Shown: in pieces, positions 51,586-62,972 of the stretch
Layout: each line of letters opens with the position of its first letter
Numbering within the stretch: the stretch's first letter is position 1
NCBI GenBank assembly: GCA_965215335.1
Contig: CBDCDA010000001.1
Span: 800,001 to 864,000, forward strand
DNA length: 64,000 bases
DNA from: an uncultured Candidatus Entotheonella sp.
GTDB taxonomy: Bacteria > Tectomicrobia > Entotheonellia > Entotheonellales > Entotheonellaceae
Direction: 5' to 3'
Position numbers and translations under genes: made by a program
Notes under the pieces: model-generated
Told to the model about the DNA's origin: nothing
Database searches by the model: none
Seen by the model: the letters and a program-made list of their open reading frames with translations, nothing else

Positions 51586-52230
51586 ATGACGCTTGCCAAC
51601 CAAGCCGACCGCGCCCGCGTGTATCGCTGCCTGGCCCGCATCTTTCGCTATCCGGACCGTTCGCTCTGCGAGCAGATCTGCGACGAGGACCTGCCGGGAT
51701 TGTCTGCCGCAATTGAGCGGCTCGGCGGGGATACAAAACTCGTCGAGCTTTGCGAAGCATTCATCGCCTGCATGCTCGAGGTCGAGGTCGCCGCGCTCGC
51801 TCAGGCCTACGCGAGTACCTTCGAACCTCCGAACGGCGCCGAACACCCACCCTATGAAACCGCGCATACACCCGAAACGCCACAGGAAGGGTTGATCCGC
51901 ACCTACGAGCTGGCCGATATTGCCGGCTTCTACCGTGCATTCGGCGTCGAAGTGACGCCGGGTATGGAGCGCGTCGATCACGTTGCCGTCGAGCTCGAAT
52001 TCTTGCATCTGTTAGCCGTCAAAGCCGCGCTCGCGCGGGAGAGCGGCGAGATCGAGCACGCCGAGATATGTCGTGACGCCGCCGCTGCTTTTCTCAACGA
52101 CCATTTGGGACGCTGGTCCGACAAGTTCAGCGCGTGGCTCGACGCCAATGCCGGTACGGATCTCTATCGTCTGGCCGGTCAGACGCTCGCCGCCTTCGTC
52201 AAGCTCGACAGCCGCCAAGGCGGCGAATAA
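51586..52230 (+). CDS. TorD/DmsD-family molybdoenzyme chaperone (delta)
   Basis: PPYET, LADIAGFYRAFG, ERVDHVAVELEF, FLNDHLGRW. Confidence 0.85.
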   Translation: MTLANQADRARVYRCLARIFRYPDRSLCEQICDEDLPGLSAAIERLGGDTKLVELCEAFIACMLEVEVAALAQAYASTFEPPNGAEHPPYETAHTPETPQEGLIRTYELADIAGFYRAFGVEVTPGMERVDHVAVELEFLHLLAVKAALARESGEIEHAEICRDAAAAFLNDHLGRWSDKFSAWLDANAGTDLYRLAGQTLAAFVKLDSRQGGE

Positions 52231-52235
52231 GAAGC

Positions 52236-52295
52236 CGGCTGCAGAACGTCAGGCCAAACAGGCTGCCGCCCTCTGCTGCGGATAGTAGCCGGTTC
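52236..52295. repeat. Right copy of duplication: decayed BatA start (ATG mutated) and RBS region
   Basis: CGGCTGCAGAACGTCAGGCCAAACAGGCTGCC...GCCGGTTC versus 45497-45556. Confidence 0.78.
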
Positions 52296-52334
52296 CTTGC
52301 CTTTACTGCTTACGGGTCATCAGGCACGGGGTTT

Positions 52335-53254
52335 TTACTGCCGCCGCGCCAAGTACCGCGTCAGCGCCACGTCCAGCGGGGTTGTGGTCGGGAACAGGTG
52401 GTAGTCGATGGCATCGCGCCGGCAAACCCGCTGGTAGTCGCCCAGAAACGTCTGCAGTTGTTGCAGGTACGCGGCCCGGATGCTCCTCGGCTCTGACAGA
52501 ATGCGGCTGCCCGCCTGCTCGATGTCCTCGAATACCGTCAGCCGTTGGAAGGGAAATTCCAGCTCGTTGCGGTCCAGCACCTGGAACACCAGCACCTCGT
52601 GCCGCCGGTGGCGGAACGATCGCAGGGTGCGCAGCACGGATTCCGGGTCGTCGAAGAAATCCGAGATGACGATCATCAAGCCTCGCTGCCTGATCCTGCC
52701 CGCCAGATCGCACAGCGCCGGGCCGAGATGCGTCTCGCCCTGCGGCTGCACGCTCTCCAGGTGGCCAGCCAATTCGCGCAGGTGCCGGGTGCCGCTGCGC
52801 GGCGGGATATAGCGCCGCATCTCGGTATTGAAGGTCACCAGCCCCACCTCATCGCCCTGCCGCAGCATCAGGTAGGCCAGCGAGGCGGCCAGGGTGGCGG
52901 CGTAATCGAACTTACGCAATACCGACTCGTCGGCGGCGTAGTCCATCGAGGCGCTGGCGTCGAGCAGCAAGTACGCCCGCAGGTTGGTTTCCTCTTCGTA
53001 TTCCTTGATGAAATAGCGGTCGAACTTGCCGTACGCCTTCCAGTCGATGCGGCGGATTTCATCCCCCGGCACGTACTCGCGGTGCTCGGCGAACTCGACG
53101 CTGTGGCCCCGGTACGGGCTTTTGTGCATGCCGCTCAGCAGCCCCTCGACGACGTGCCGGGCGCGCACCGACAGGTTGGCGATCTTGGCGAGAACCAGGG
53201 GATCGAAATAGCTGCGGCCAACTTCCCGGCGGGCGGCGCGCGGCGCGGTGCCTC

Positions 53255-53258
<4 letters not shown>
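52335..53258 (-). CDS. DUF58 domain protein (vWA-like, MoxR partner)
   Basis: G.HKS..RG.SVEFAEHREY.PGDE.R.IDWK, LDASASM, ISDF. Confidence 0.88.
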
Positions 53259-54309
<1,051 letters not shown>

Positions 54310-54310
<1 letters not shown>

Positions 54311-55908
54311 TATAAGCTTCCCTCGAGTTGCTCGAACAGTTGCCGTTCCTGTTGCGCCTTGTCTTCCTCGCCCAACTGCGCGTGGCAGGTGGCCAGATGC
54401 AGGTGCACCGTGGGGTCGAACGGATTGAGCTGGGTTGCCTGCGCCAAGGCCTCGCACGCCCGCTCGTATTCGCCCAAAATGATGTACAAGCCGCCCAGAT
54501 TGGTGTACGTGGTGACGTAATCCGTCTCCAGTTCGCTGGCCCGCAGCAGGTGCCGCAGGGCCTGCTGCCGTCGCCCCTGCGCCATCAGCGCCGTGGCCAG
54601 CCTGTTGAGCAGGAACGGCGACTGCGGCTCCTGCTCCAGGGCGCGGCGATATTCCATGGCGGCCGCCGGCAGGCGGCCGCGACGGCGCAGCCGGTCGCCC
54701 AGGCGGCTGTGCATACGGGCCGTGCCGGAACTGATTTCGCGGCGCAGATCGGCTGCCGTCGTATTGCCGTCCTGCTTCAGGTCGAAGCGCGGCATACGCA
54801 CGCCATCGTGCGCCTGCAGGCCGCGCGTCGCCAGAAACTGACGCCACTGCGCTTCAAAGGCGTCGAATTCGAGGCCTATCAGACGCGCGAGCGCTTCCGC
54901 GGCGCCCTCCCCTTCCGGCGCCTGTTGCAATTCCTGCAGCAGCAGTGGCAACCCCTCGAAGCCGAGACGCTGCACGATGAAGTCGATAGCCGAGGCGGCC
55001 TCGGCGTACCCGAGTTGCACCTGATAGGTGGTCTCCAGCTTGACCAGCGAGGGTTCCATGTTCTTGAAGCCCACGAAGCTGTCGTTGGCCAAGGCGTGCG
55101 CCAGCAGCGATTCGGTGCGGCGGTTCAGCCAGCTCGGCTGCGGCAGACGCCAAGCGCTCTCGAAGTAGCGCGCGACGCCTTCGTGCAGCCAGATCGGCGC
55201 CCGGTTGTGGCTCAGCTGCACCAGGATGTAATGGACGTATTCGTGGCTCAGGGAGTCCGTCCAGCGATACCCGCGGGCCAGGTTGCGCGGCGACAACAGC
55301 ATGATCTTGTTGAACTTGCAGATGCCGATGGCGCCGGACACCTCGATGTCACGGGCGGACAGGCTGGAGGCCGGATAGAAGGTCGAGGTGGTGGGATAGA
55401 TCTCGACGCGAATTTTCTCCGTCGGGAAGAACTGGAAATAGCCGCCGAGGCGCTGGTAGCTGCGCTCCAGCACGTCGGCGACGTACGGCATCAAGGCGGC
55501 GTCGCGCTGCGGGTCGATGTAAACAAGGAAGTGCGGCGTTTCCAATAGTTCCAGGTCCGCCGTGCTGCGCTGAGTTGCGGCAACAAAATCGCGATAAGCC
55601 TGAAAGCGCGGATGCGGCAACACGTCGAGCAGGGCGTCGAAGGCGTCGAGGGCTTCCTGATAGCGACCCTGGTGAAACAGCGCGCGGGCGCGGAGGAACC
55701 GCCAGGCGGGCTGCAGCGGTTCGGCGGCGAGCCTGGCCTCCACCCAAACGAGGGCGGCGTCGGCCTGCCAGCGGTCCAGCAACACCTCGCCCTCGTTCTC
55801 CAGGCGGGCCTCGCCTTCCCTGCCCTGCCGCATGCCCCGGGCGGCAGCCGGCAACAAACAGAGGCAAAGGACGACAGCCACAAGGTATTGAAAACTGACA
55901 CGGCTCAA
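54310..55908 (-). CDS. Exported TPR protein with peptidase MA-like (gluzincin) domain
   Basis: Signal peptide; HEYVH...WLHEGVA; N- and C-terminal TPR-like repeats. Confidence 0.75.
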
Positions 55909-58900
55909 CGGACGATGTCCCGATAATACTGCTCGATGCGTTCCTTGTAGCGTTCCGGGTAGCCCTCTTGCAACGCCTCCATGATGTCCTCGCGAAACAT
56001 GCGCGGCACTTTGTACGCCTCCTTGTCGGGCAACTGGAAATTACGCACGCTGGTCCCCATCCGGCCCGTCTCCTGCTCGTCAACACGCATCTGCTGCAAC
56101 CTCCCCGGGATGGGCAGGCGGCCGGCCTGCTGCAGCATGGGCATAGACATGCCCATCATCTGGCCGCGCCGCAGCATGCCCTGCATGGCCTGCTGCATGC
56201 GGGTGTTGGCGCTGCGCAGGCGCTCCAGGGCGGCCTGTTCGGGCGGGATGGCGGCCTGGCTGCGCCGGTTGCCGAGGGCGTCCCTGGCCTGTCCCATGAA
56301 CGGCACGGCGTCCTGTACGTTCTGGCTGATGTCGCCCGGCAGCGCCGGCAGCAGCGGCATCATCTGCGCCAGTTCCTCGGCCAGTTGCCGCGCGTCCGCC
56401 TGCACCCCGGCCTGTTGCTGCGACAGGCCGCCGAGCTGCTCGCGCTGCGGTGGCGTCAGCATGGCGTGGCGGTCCTGCGGCAAGCTATCGAGGGACTTCT
56501 GCGCGGCCTGTATGTGCTGCTGTGCCTGCGCCGACTGCTGCTGCATGGTGGTGTCGCCGGGCATCGTCCGGGCGGCGCGTTGTTGCAGCCAATCGAGCTG
56601 CTCCCGGACCTTCTGCAAAGCCTCCTGCACCTTCGGCACGTCGGGCTCGTCCAGGTGCTTCAGGGCGTCGAACACCGGTCGCAGCGTCTGCCGCGCGACT
56701 GCGTCGAACATGCGATCGACGTCCGGCTGCCGGCGCGAGCGGTGCGCCCATTCCGCCAGCTGCCGCGACAGCGCGTTCAACTCGTCCTCAATCGTCTGCC
56801 GCACCGACCCGAACGCCTGCTGCTGCGCCCGATTGAGCCGCTGCACCGCGTCCTGATCGATCTGCTGCGTGTCGTTCAGAATGTCCTCCTGACGCTGCAC
56901 CAGACCCTGCAGAAGGTTGGCCGACGCCCTCAACTGCTGCCCCATGGCGTTCATCGTGCCGTCGTTCGCCTGCTGCCGCATGTTCTGCATGCCGGCCACC
57001 ATCGCCGACAGGTTCTTCAGAAGCTCCTCGGCCAGTTTCTTGGCGGCCTCAAGATCGCCTTCGGCCAGTTTTTCCCGCAGTTCCTGCAATTGCTGCGACA
57101 TGTCGTTCAGCGGCAGGTTTTCGAGCTGGCTGTTGAGAAACTCATCGGCAATGGCCGTCGGCATCTGCGCCATGGCCTCCATGAGTTGCTGCATCATGGA
57201 TTGCAGGCCGTCCAGCATCTCCTGGAGTTCCGGCGGCAGCGCACCGCCCTGAAAATCCGGTGGCAGATCGTCGAGCGCCGACAGCAGGGAATTCTGCTCC
57301 TCCATCATCCTGGTACTGAGGCGCTGCAGGTCCTGCATCTTCTCGTTGTCGGCAATCTGCTCGGACAGCGACGCCATGCGCTCCAACTCCTGCAGCACGT
57401 CCTCGAGCCGCTCCTGCGATTGGCCGAGAGACGGCGAGGCGTTCTGCTGCGGCATGGCCTGCATGCCTTGCTGCAGCGTGGGCATCAGGCTGTTCTGCAG
57501 GCGCTCCATGTTGCGTTGCAGAACCTGCAAATCGGCGAAGCTCTCGTACGAGCTGTACGGATCGTTCTGCACCCTGGCGAGAGCTTCATCCACCTGCTCG
57601 GCGAGTTGTTCGGCGCGCTGTCCGGCCTCTTGCTGGCGCTCCTGGGCCTGCGCCAGAGCGTCGGGGTCGAGATCTTCGCCCGCCTCGGCCTGTTCTTGCC
57701 AGGCCTCGAATTCAGCGGCCAGGTCGAGGTGGTCAGCGAGCAGGTCGAGCATGGCGTCGGCGACCTCTTCCTGCAATTGCTCCAGCTCGTCGTGTTCCTG
57801 TTCATGGTTGCGCATGCGCAGGGTCACGGTCTCCGAGACGCCGCGCTTGGGACCGCTGATGGTGTCGTTGTCGTACACCTCGACGTAGAACTGCAGGGTG
57901 TCGCCGTCCGGCAGCACCCAGTCCTGCAGGTGCCAGGTGAAGGTTTCGAAGACGGACGAGCGGTCGAAGCGGCCCTGGTGCATCGGTACACGCTGCTCAC
58001 CGCCGGCCGGGCCGAGGTAGACCAGGGCGGCGTTTTGCAGGCCGAAATCGTCCGCCGCCTGGTAGCGGATGCGCAGGTCGGTGGTCTCGTCTACCTCCAC
58101 GCCGTCGCCGGGTTCGGACACCTCGACGGTGGGCACGGCGTCGGGCTGCACCTGCACCGCAAAGCGCGGCGGGCGGGAATTCTTCAGGCCGTGCAGGTCT
58201 TCGACCTCGATAACGTAGGCGTCGTTCTGCATGACCAGCAACTCGCCGTGCAGTTCCTGGCCATCGGTGATGGCCAGGGGGACTTCGTCGCCGACCTCGA
58301 AGCGCAGGCGGCCGTCAGCCAGGGGGACGTTGGCGCGCATGCCGAGGCGCACCTGGGTACCGGGCAGCGCCTGGACGTCGCCACCGCCCTCCTGCACCTG
58401 TTCGGGCAGGCCGGTGTAGTCGGGAAACAGATAGCGCAGCACCAGTTGGCCGATAGCCGGGTCGGGCACCACCTTCAACGCGCCGGCTGCGGAGACGAAA
58501 CCGTCGCTGACGGCCTGGAAGCGCAGCGACGCCTGCGGTTCGAGAATGGTATAGCGGAAGACACCGGGCTCCTGGCCTTCCATATCATACGATTGTGGGG
58601 CCTCGCCGTTGCGCTGCAGGCGGATTTGCATGCTGCGTGGCAGACGCCCGCTCACCCGCGCCTGCACGTCGAGGTTGCTGCCGCGCGCAATGACCGCCTG
58701 AAGCGGCTCGACGGTGATGTGCATGGCGCGTGCCGGCAGATAGGCCAGGGGCTGGGCCAGCATACGCCACGACTCGCCCAGGGCACCGGGCTGCAAGCGG
58801 CTGACGCCAATCGCGGCCAGCACCAGCATGGCGCACCAGGCGACGCCCTGTAGTCGGCGCCGGCGCACCACGGTGCGCGCCGTGAAATCGGCCACTTGGC

Positions 58901-59303
58901 GAGCGACGCGTCGGTGCAGCGCCTGTACCAAGTCGAGCGCCACGCCGTGCGGGTTGGCGCGGCGCAAGGCCTCGGCGTCCAGTTGCAGGGCGTTGCGCAG
59001 GTCGTCGTGCGAACCGGGATAGGCTTCCTCGATGCGCGCCAGGGCCTGTTTCTGCGTCACCCAGCGCAGGGCCGGCCGCAACACGTAGACAATCAGCGCC
59101 AGCACGACCAGCAGGGCCACGGCGCTGTAGGCCACGGCGGCCAGCGGCAGCCGAGGGGCCAACGGCTGCACCGCGACGCCCAGCAGCAGCAGGGCCAGGG
59201 CCACCGTGCCCGTCAGCACGCCACCCTGCAACAGGCGGCGCTGGTAGAGGCGACGTTGCACCCGCCGCACGAACTTGGCGAAAACGCGGTATTCCTGACT
59301 CAT
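55905..59303 (-). CDS. DUF4175-like large membrane-anchored coiled-coil protein
   Basis: N-terminal TMs, P.YT, DDFGL, DNDTISGPK.G.S, Q/E/M-rich coiled coil, terminal P.RY...IEQYY; start MSQEY at 59303. Confidence 0.72.
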   Translation of the reverse strand: MSQEYRVFAKFVRRVQRRLYQRRLLQGGVLTGTVALALLLLGVAVQPLAPRLPLAAVAYSAVALLVVLALIVYVLRPALRWVTQKQALARIEEAYPGSHDDLRNALQLDAEALRRANPHGVALDLVQALHRRVARQVADFTARTVVRRRRLQGVAWCAMLVLAAIGVSRLQPGALGESWRMLAQPLAYLPARAMHITVEPLQAVIARGSNLDVQARVSGRLPRSMQIRLQRNGEAPQSYDMEGQEPGVFRYTILEPQASLRFQAVSDGFVSAAGALKVVPDPAIGQLVLRYLFPDYTGLPEQVQEGGGDVQALPGTQVRLGMRANVPLADGRLRFEVGDEVPLAITDGQELHGELLVMQNDAYVIEVEDLHGLKNSRPPRFAVQVQPDAVPTVEVSEPGDGVEVDETTDLRIRYQAADDFGLQNAALVYLGPAGGEQRVPMHQGRFDRSSVFETFTWHLQDWVLPDGDTLQFYVEVYDNDTISGPKRGVSETVTLRMRNHEQEHDELEQLQEEVADAMLDLLADHLDLAAEFEAWQEQAEAGEDLDPDALAQAQERQQEAGQRAEQLAEQVDEALARVQNDPYSSYESFADLQVLQRNMERLQNSLMPTLQQGMQAMPQQNASPSLGQSQERLEDVLQELERMASLSEQIADNEKMQDLQRLSTRMMEEQNSLLSALDDLPPDFQGGALPPELQEMLDGLQSMMQQLMEAMAQMPTAIADEFLNSQLENLPLNDMSQQLQELREKLAEGDLEAAKKLAEELLKNLSAMVAGMQNMRQQANDGTMNAMGQQLRASANLLQGLVQRQEDILNDTQQIDQDAVQRLNRAQQQAFGSVRQTIEDELNALSRQLAEWAHRSRRQPDVDRMFDAVARQTLRPVFDALKHLDEPDVPKVQEALQKVREQLDWLQQRAARTMPGDTTMQQQSAQAQQHIQAAQKSLDSLPQDRHAMLTPPQREQLGGLSQQQAGVQADARQLAEELAQMMPLLPALPGDISQNVQDAVPFMGQARDALGNRRSQAAIPPEQAALERLRSANTRMQQAMQGMLRRGQMMGMSMPMLQQAGRLPIPGRLQQMRVDEQETGRMGTSVRNFQLPDKEAYKVPRMFREDIMEALQEGYPERYKERIEQYYRDIVR

Positions 59304-59313
59304 GGCGTGATTC

Positions 59314-60603
59314 CTAGCTAAAGCGGACGTCCACCGCCCGTTGGTGCGCGGCAAAGCCCTCGGCGGTGGTCAGGGCGCGCAGTGGCTCCTGCAGCGCCTG
59401 CAGGCCCTGCGCTGTCAGTTCCTGGACTTCCAGCTTCTTGATGAATTCGTCGACCGACAGCGGCGAGAACATGCGGGCGTAGCCGCCCGTCGGGATGACG
59501 TGATTGGTGCCCGACAGGTAATCACCCATGGTAACGGGGGAATAATGACCGAGAAACACCGAGCCGGCGTTGACGATGCCGCGGCTTACGGTCCAGGGAT
59601 CCTCGGTCATGATCTCCAGGTGTTCGGGCGCGTAGGCGTTGGCGAAATGGGTGCAGTCCTGCAGGTCGTCGACGATGAGGATCATGCCGTAGTTGTCGAG
59701 AGCCGTCCGGATGCGCCGGGCCTCGGGCAGCTCGGGTATCTGCTGCTCGACGGCTGCTTGCACCTCCTGGGCCAGCGACGCGCTGGGGGTCAGCAGGATG
59801 GCCGCGGAGTCCTCGCCGTGTTCGGCCTGGGACAACAGGTCGGCGGCCACGAAAGCCGGCTGGGCGGTATGATCGGCGATGACCAGCACTTCCGACGGAC
59901 CGGGGGGGCAATCGATGGCAATCGGCAGGCCGCTGCTGGCGGCGCAGATTTTGGCGGCCACCACGTACACGCTGCCGGGGCCGAACACCTTGTAGACTTG
60001 CGGCACGCTCTCGGTGCCGAACGTCATGGCAGCGATGGCCTGGGCGCCGCCTACCTTGAAGACGTCCCGGATGCCGACGCAATCGGCGGCGGCCAGCATG
60101 ACTGCGGGCAGGCAACCGTCTTCCTGCGGCGGCATGCACAACACCCGCCGCTCACAGCCCGCCACCAGGGCCGGCACACCGAGCATCAGCACCGTGGAGG
60201 GGTACAGGGCCTTGCCGCCGGGCGCGTAGAGCCCGACTTTCGCGATGGGCCGCCACACGCGCCCGGTGCGCACGCCGGGTTGCAGTTCGTGCAGGTCTTC
60301 GGCGGGGAGTTGCTGGCGGTGAAAGCGTTCGAGGTTGTCTCTCGCCTGCCTCAGGCTGCTCAGCAACTCCGGCGCCACTTGGCGTTTGGCCTCGACGATC
60401 TCGTCCTCACTGACACGTATCTCGTCCACGGCGGCGCCGTCGAACCGTGCGGCATATTCCCGCAGCGCCGCATCACCGCGCTCGCGCACGTCCGCCATGA
60501 TCTCCTGCACCTGCGGCATGACGCGCTGCACGTCCGCCCCCGCGCGCTGCATCAGCCGCTCACAGGCGTCCGGCGCCAAGTCTTTGAGGCGTATGATTCG
60601 CAT
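59314..60603 (-). CDS. hisD: Histidinol dehydrogenase
   Basis: GLYAPGG...YPSTVLM, GGAQAIAA, GPSEV, DLLSQAEH, APEHL, GDY..GTNHV.PT. Confidence 0.9.
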   Translation of the reverse strand: MRIIRLKDLAPDACERLMQRAGADVQRVMPQVQEIMADVRERGDAALREYAARFDGAAVDEIRVSEDEIVEAKRQVAPELLSSLRQARDNLERFHRQQLPAEDLHELQPGVRTGRVWRPIAKVGLYAPGGKALYPSTVLMLGVPALVAGCERRVLCMPPQEDGCLPAVMLAAADCVGIRDVFKVGGAQAIAAMTFGTESVPQVYKVFGPGSVYVVAAKICAASSGLPIAIDCPPGPSEVLVIADHTAQPAFVAADLLSQAEHGEDSAAILLTPSASLAQEVQAAVEQQIPELPEARRIRTALDNYGMILIVDDLQDCTHFANAYAPEHLEIMTEDPWTVSRGIVNAGSVFLGHYSPVTMGDYLSGTNHVIPTGGYARMFSPLSVDEFIKKLEVQELTAQGLQALQEPLRALTTAEGFAAHQRAVDVRFS

Positions 60604-60651
60604 GCGTCTTGCTCCGTCCGTACGGCCGTGCCGGGACCGTCATGCCAGGTT

Positions 60652-61896
60652 TTACGGCACTTCGTCCAAATGGCGTTGAATTTTGTCCATCACGGCCACG
60701 ATGTCGTGCATGTCGCGCCGCTCGCCCAGCAGCACGTTCTGCCGCAGCCACAACGCCTCGTGGTCACAGGCGTATTCCGTGACCGGGCAGGCCACGGCGC
60801 CATAGTCCGGCAGCGCCGCGTACGCTCCATTGAGGAACGGCGGCCTGGCCAGACCGAAATTTTTGGCCAGCATGACAGGCTGACGGTATGCGGGCAACGA
60901 GTACCCGGCGTGCAAGTCGGTGATACCCTCGGCCCGCATGGCGGCGATGAAGCGCAGTTTGTCGAGGCCGCCGAAGCACTCGGCGTCGTATTTCAGGAAG
61001 TACACGTGGTAGGCGTTGGCGGTGACGCGGGGGTCGGCGGGAAGCGGGGTAATGCCGTCGATGGCGGCCAGCGCCTCAGTGAGGTAGGCGGCGTTGGCCT
61101 GACGGCGCGCGAACTGCTCGGGGTAGCGCTGCAACTGGCTGCGCAGGACGGCGCCCTGAAACTCGCTGAGGCGGTAATTGCCGCCCAGCAGGTAGTGGGC
61201 GTACCACAGGCTGGCGGACTGGCGGCCGCAGTTGCTCAACGAGCGAACCAGAGAAGCGATGTCGGGGTCGTTGCAAAGAACCATGCCGCCCTCGCCGGCG
61301 GTCAGGTTCTTCGAGGCGTGAAAGCTGACGCTACCGCACTGCCCAAGGGTGCCGACGCGACAGCCGTTCCACGCGGCGCCCCAGGCTTGCGCCGCATCCT
61401 CCACCACGGCAAGCCCGTGCCGCCGGGCCAGGGCCAGCAGGCCGTCCATGTCCGCCGGGCAGCCGCCGAGGTGCACGGGCACGATGGCCCGCGTGCGGGT
61501 CGTGATGCAAGCCGCCACACTGGCGGGATCAAGGGTATAGGTCTGCGGGGCGACGTCGGCGAAGATGGGGACGGCGCCAAGTTCCAAGGCGGCAGTGGCG
61601 GTGGCGATGAAGGTATAGCCCGGCACGACGACCTCGTCGCCCGGCCCCACCCCGGCGGCGATAAGCGCCAGCTTGAGGGCGACCGTGCCGTTGGTCACCG
61701 CCACGCCGTGCGCCGCGCCCTGGTAGGTGGCGAATTCGGCCTCAAAGTGACTCACTTCCTCACCCTTGAGGGCGTCCCAACAGCCGCTTTGCAACACGCG
61801 ATACAACGCCTGCACGTCGCTTTGATCCCAGACCGGCCACGCCGGAAAAGGCGCCCGCCGCAACGCTGTCCCACCCGCGATTGCCAAGTGAGCCAT
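60652..61896 (-). CDS. DegT/DnrJ/EryC1/StrS aminotransferase, AHBA-synthase/BtrR-like branch
   Basis: LAIAGG...FPAWP, VTNGT, EDAAQAWG, SFHASKNLTAGEGG, GGNYRLSEFQ, CP....WL..NVLL. Confidence 0.85.
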   Translation of the reverse strand: MAHLAIAGGTALRRAPFPAWPVWDQSDVQALYRVLQSGCWDALKGEEVSHFEAEFATYQGAAHGVAVTNGTVALKLALIAAGVGPGDEVVVPGYTFIATATAALELGAVPIFADVAPQTYTLDPASVAACITTRTRAIVPVHLGGCPADMDGLLALARRHGLAVVEDAAQAWGAAWNGCRVGTLGQCGSVSFHASKNLTAGEGGMVLCNDPDIASLVRSLSNCGRQSASLWYAHYLLGGNYRLSEFQGAVLRSQLQRYPEQFARRQANAAYLTEALAAIDGITPLPADPRVTANAYHVYFLKYDAECFGGLDKLRFIAAMRAEGITDLHAGYSLPAYRQPVMLAKNFGLARPPFLNGAYAALPDYGAVACPVTEYACDHEALWLRQNVLLGERRDMHDIVAVMDKIQRHLDEVP

Positions 61897-62153
61897 AGAG
61901 CCTGTGCTCCCTGTCAGGACCGATGCGATGCCGTGTAAACGTGTACGTGTAAAGGAGGAGTATTCTACTTTAGGCTATTGTCCTTGACAAGCACGGATAC
62001 AGGCTCAATACATTACTGAGAGGCAGGATGCCTAACTATAGGTGGGAGTCTCCGGCATGTGAAGAATGCCGTTGATACAGCCTATTCATCAAGAACAGAA
62101 CGCCCATGCCTCGATTCATGCCGGGACCGCAGCGTTCAGAGAGGAAAGATCAC

Positions 62154-62612
62154 ATGAAGTGTTCCTATTTCGTGGTCCTGGCGCTGGTGCTGGGACTCGG
62201 CTTCGGCCTGGCTTGCGGGCAGGAGGAAGCCACGACCAAGCAAGCCGACATCAAGAAACTTCTCGGCATCACTGGCGCCTCCGATACCGGCCTGCGGGTA
62301 TTCAGCCAGGTCATCGGCATGTTCCAGCGCGCGCGCAGCGAGGTACCCGAGGCGGTGTGGATAGAGATGGTCAGCGAGGCTGAGGCGAAGGTGGACGCCT
62401 TCGTCATGGAGATACTGGTGCCGATTTACGACAAGCACCTGACGCGCGCGGACATCAAGGGGCTGATCGCATTTTACGAGACGCCGGTGGGTCGCAAGCT
62501 GCTGACCGTCATGCCGCAGATGCACCGCGAGAGCCGGACCGCCGGGGAGTCCTGGGGCCGAGAATTCGCCCGCACCGTGCAGGAGAAGCTTGCCGCAAAG
62601 GGCTACGAATAA
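62154..62612 (+). CDS. DUF2059 family exported protein
   Basis: Signal peptide; PIYDKHLT..DIKGLIAFYETPVGRKL...P.......G..WG; ATG after GAGGA. Confidence 0.8.
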   Translation: MKCSYFVVLALVLGLGFGLACGQEEATTKQADIKKLLGITGASDTGLRVFSQVIGMFQRARSEVPEAVWIEMVSEAEAKVDAFVMEILVPIYDKHLTRADIKGLIAFYETPVGRKLLTVMPQMHRESRTAGESWGREFARTVQEKLAAKGYE

Positions 62613-62972
62613 GCCGCCCTCATGGCGGGCTTCCCGCCACTTCCAGAAGCGCCCGGGCGCGGTTGCCCGGCACGAACAGCAGGCTTCTGAGCACTGGCAT
62701 GGTTGTCTCCGATGGGTTGCGTAATGTTCAGGGGCGTCTGTCGATCATTCGGCAGTATCTCGTGGCTGCTCGTCCTCAATCCCGATCTACTGCCACATAT
62801 GCACGACATCGGTATCCACGATCAGCATGGCCCGGTCCTTTACCATTTTATACCACTTTATACCACGGCTCTATACAGCACCTCGCAAGGCTGCGTAACG
62901 TCATATAGTATAGTAGTGCCTGCTCGATACGACGGCTTCCCGCCATATCGCCCAGCCTACCGAGAAGGGCCA

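Noticed and set aside
55968..58853. 961-aa plus-strand ORF
   Set aside because: Antisense shadow of the DUF4175-like gene; typical of high-GC codon bias, no recognisable motifs.
59314..60603. Possible sulfopropanediol dehydrogenase (HpsN) rather than HisD
   Set aside because: Retains HisD-type APEHL and GDY motifs and no sulfonate genes are nearby; cannot be fully excluded without a phylogeny.
59341..61938. 865-aa plus-strand ORF
   Set aside because: Antisense to hisD and the aminotransferase; shadow ORF.
61984..62015. TTGACA -35 hexamer upstream of DUF2059
   Set aside because: No convincing -10 at 16-18 bp spacing.
62787..62828. Minus-strand MLIVDTDV..., resembling a PIN/VapC start
   Set aside because: Stops after 13 codons with no further similarity visible.
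62839..62866. Short TTTATACCA tandem repeat upstream of lptD
   Set aside because: Only 2-3 imperfect units with no spacers; not a CRISPR, function unsupported.
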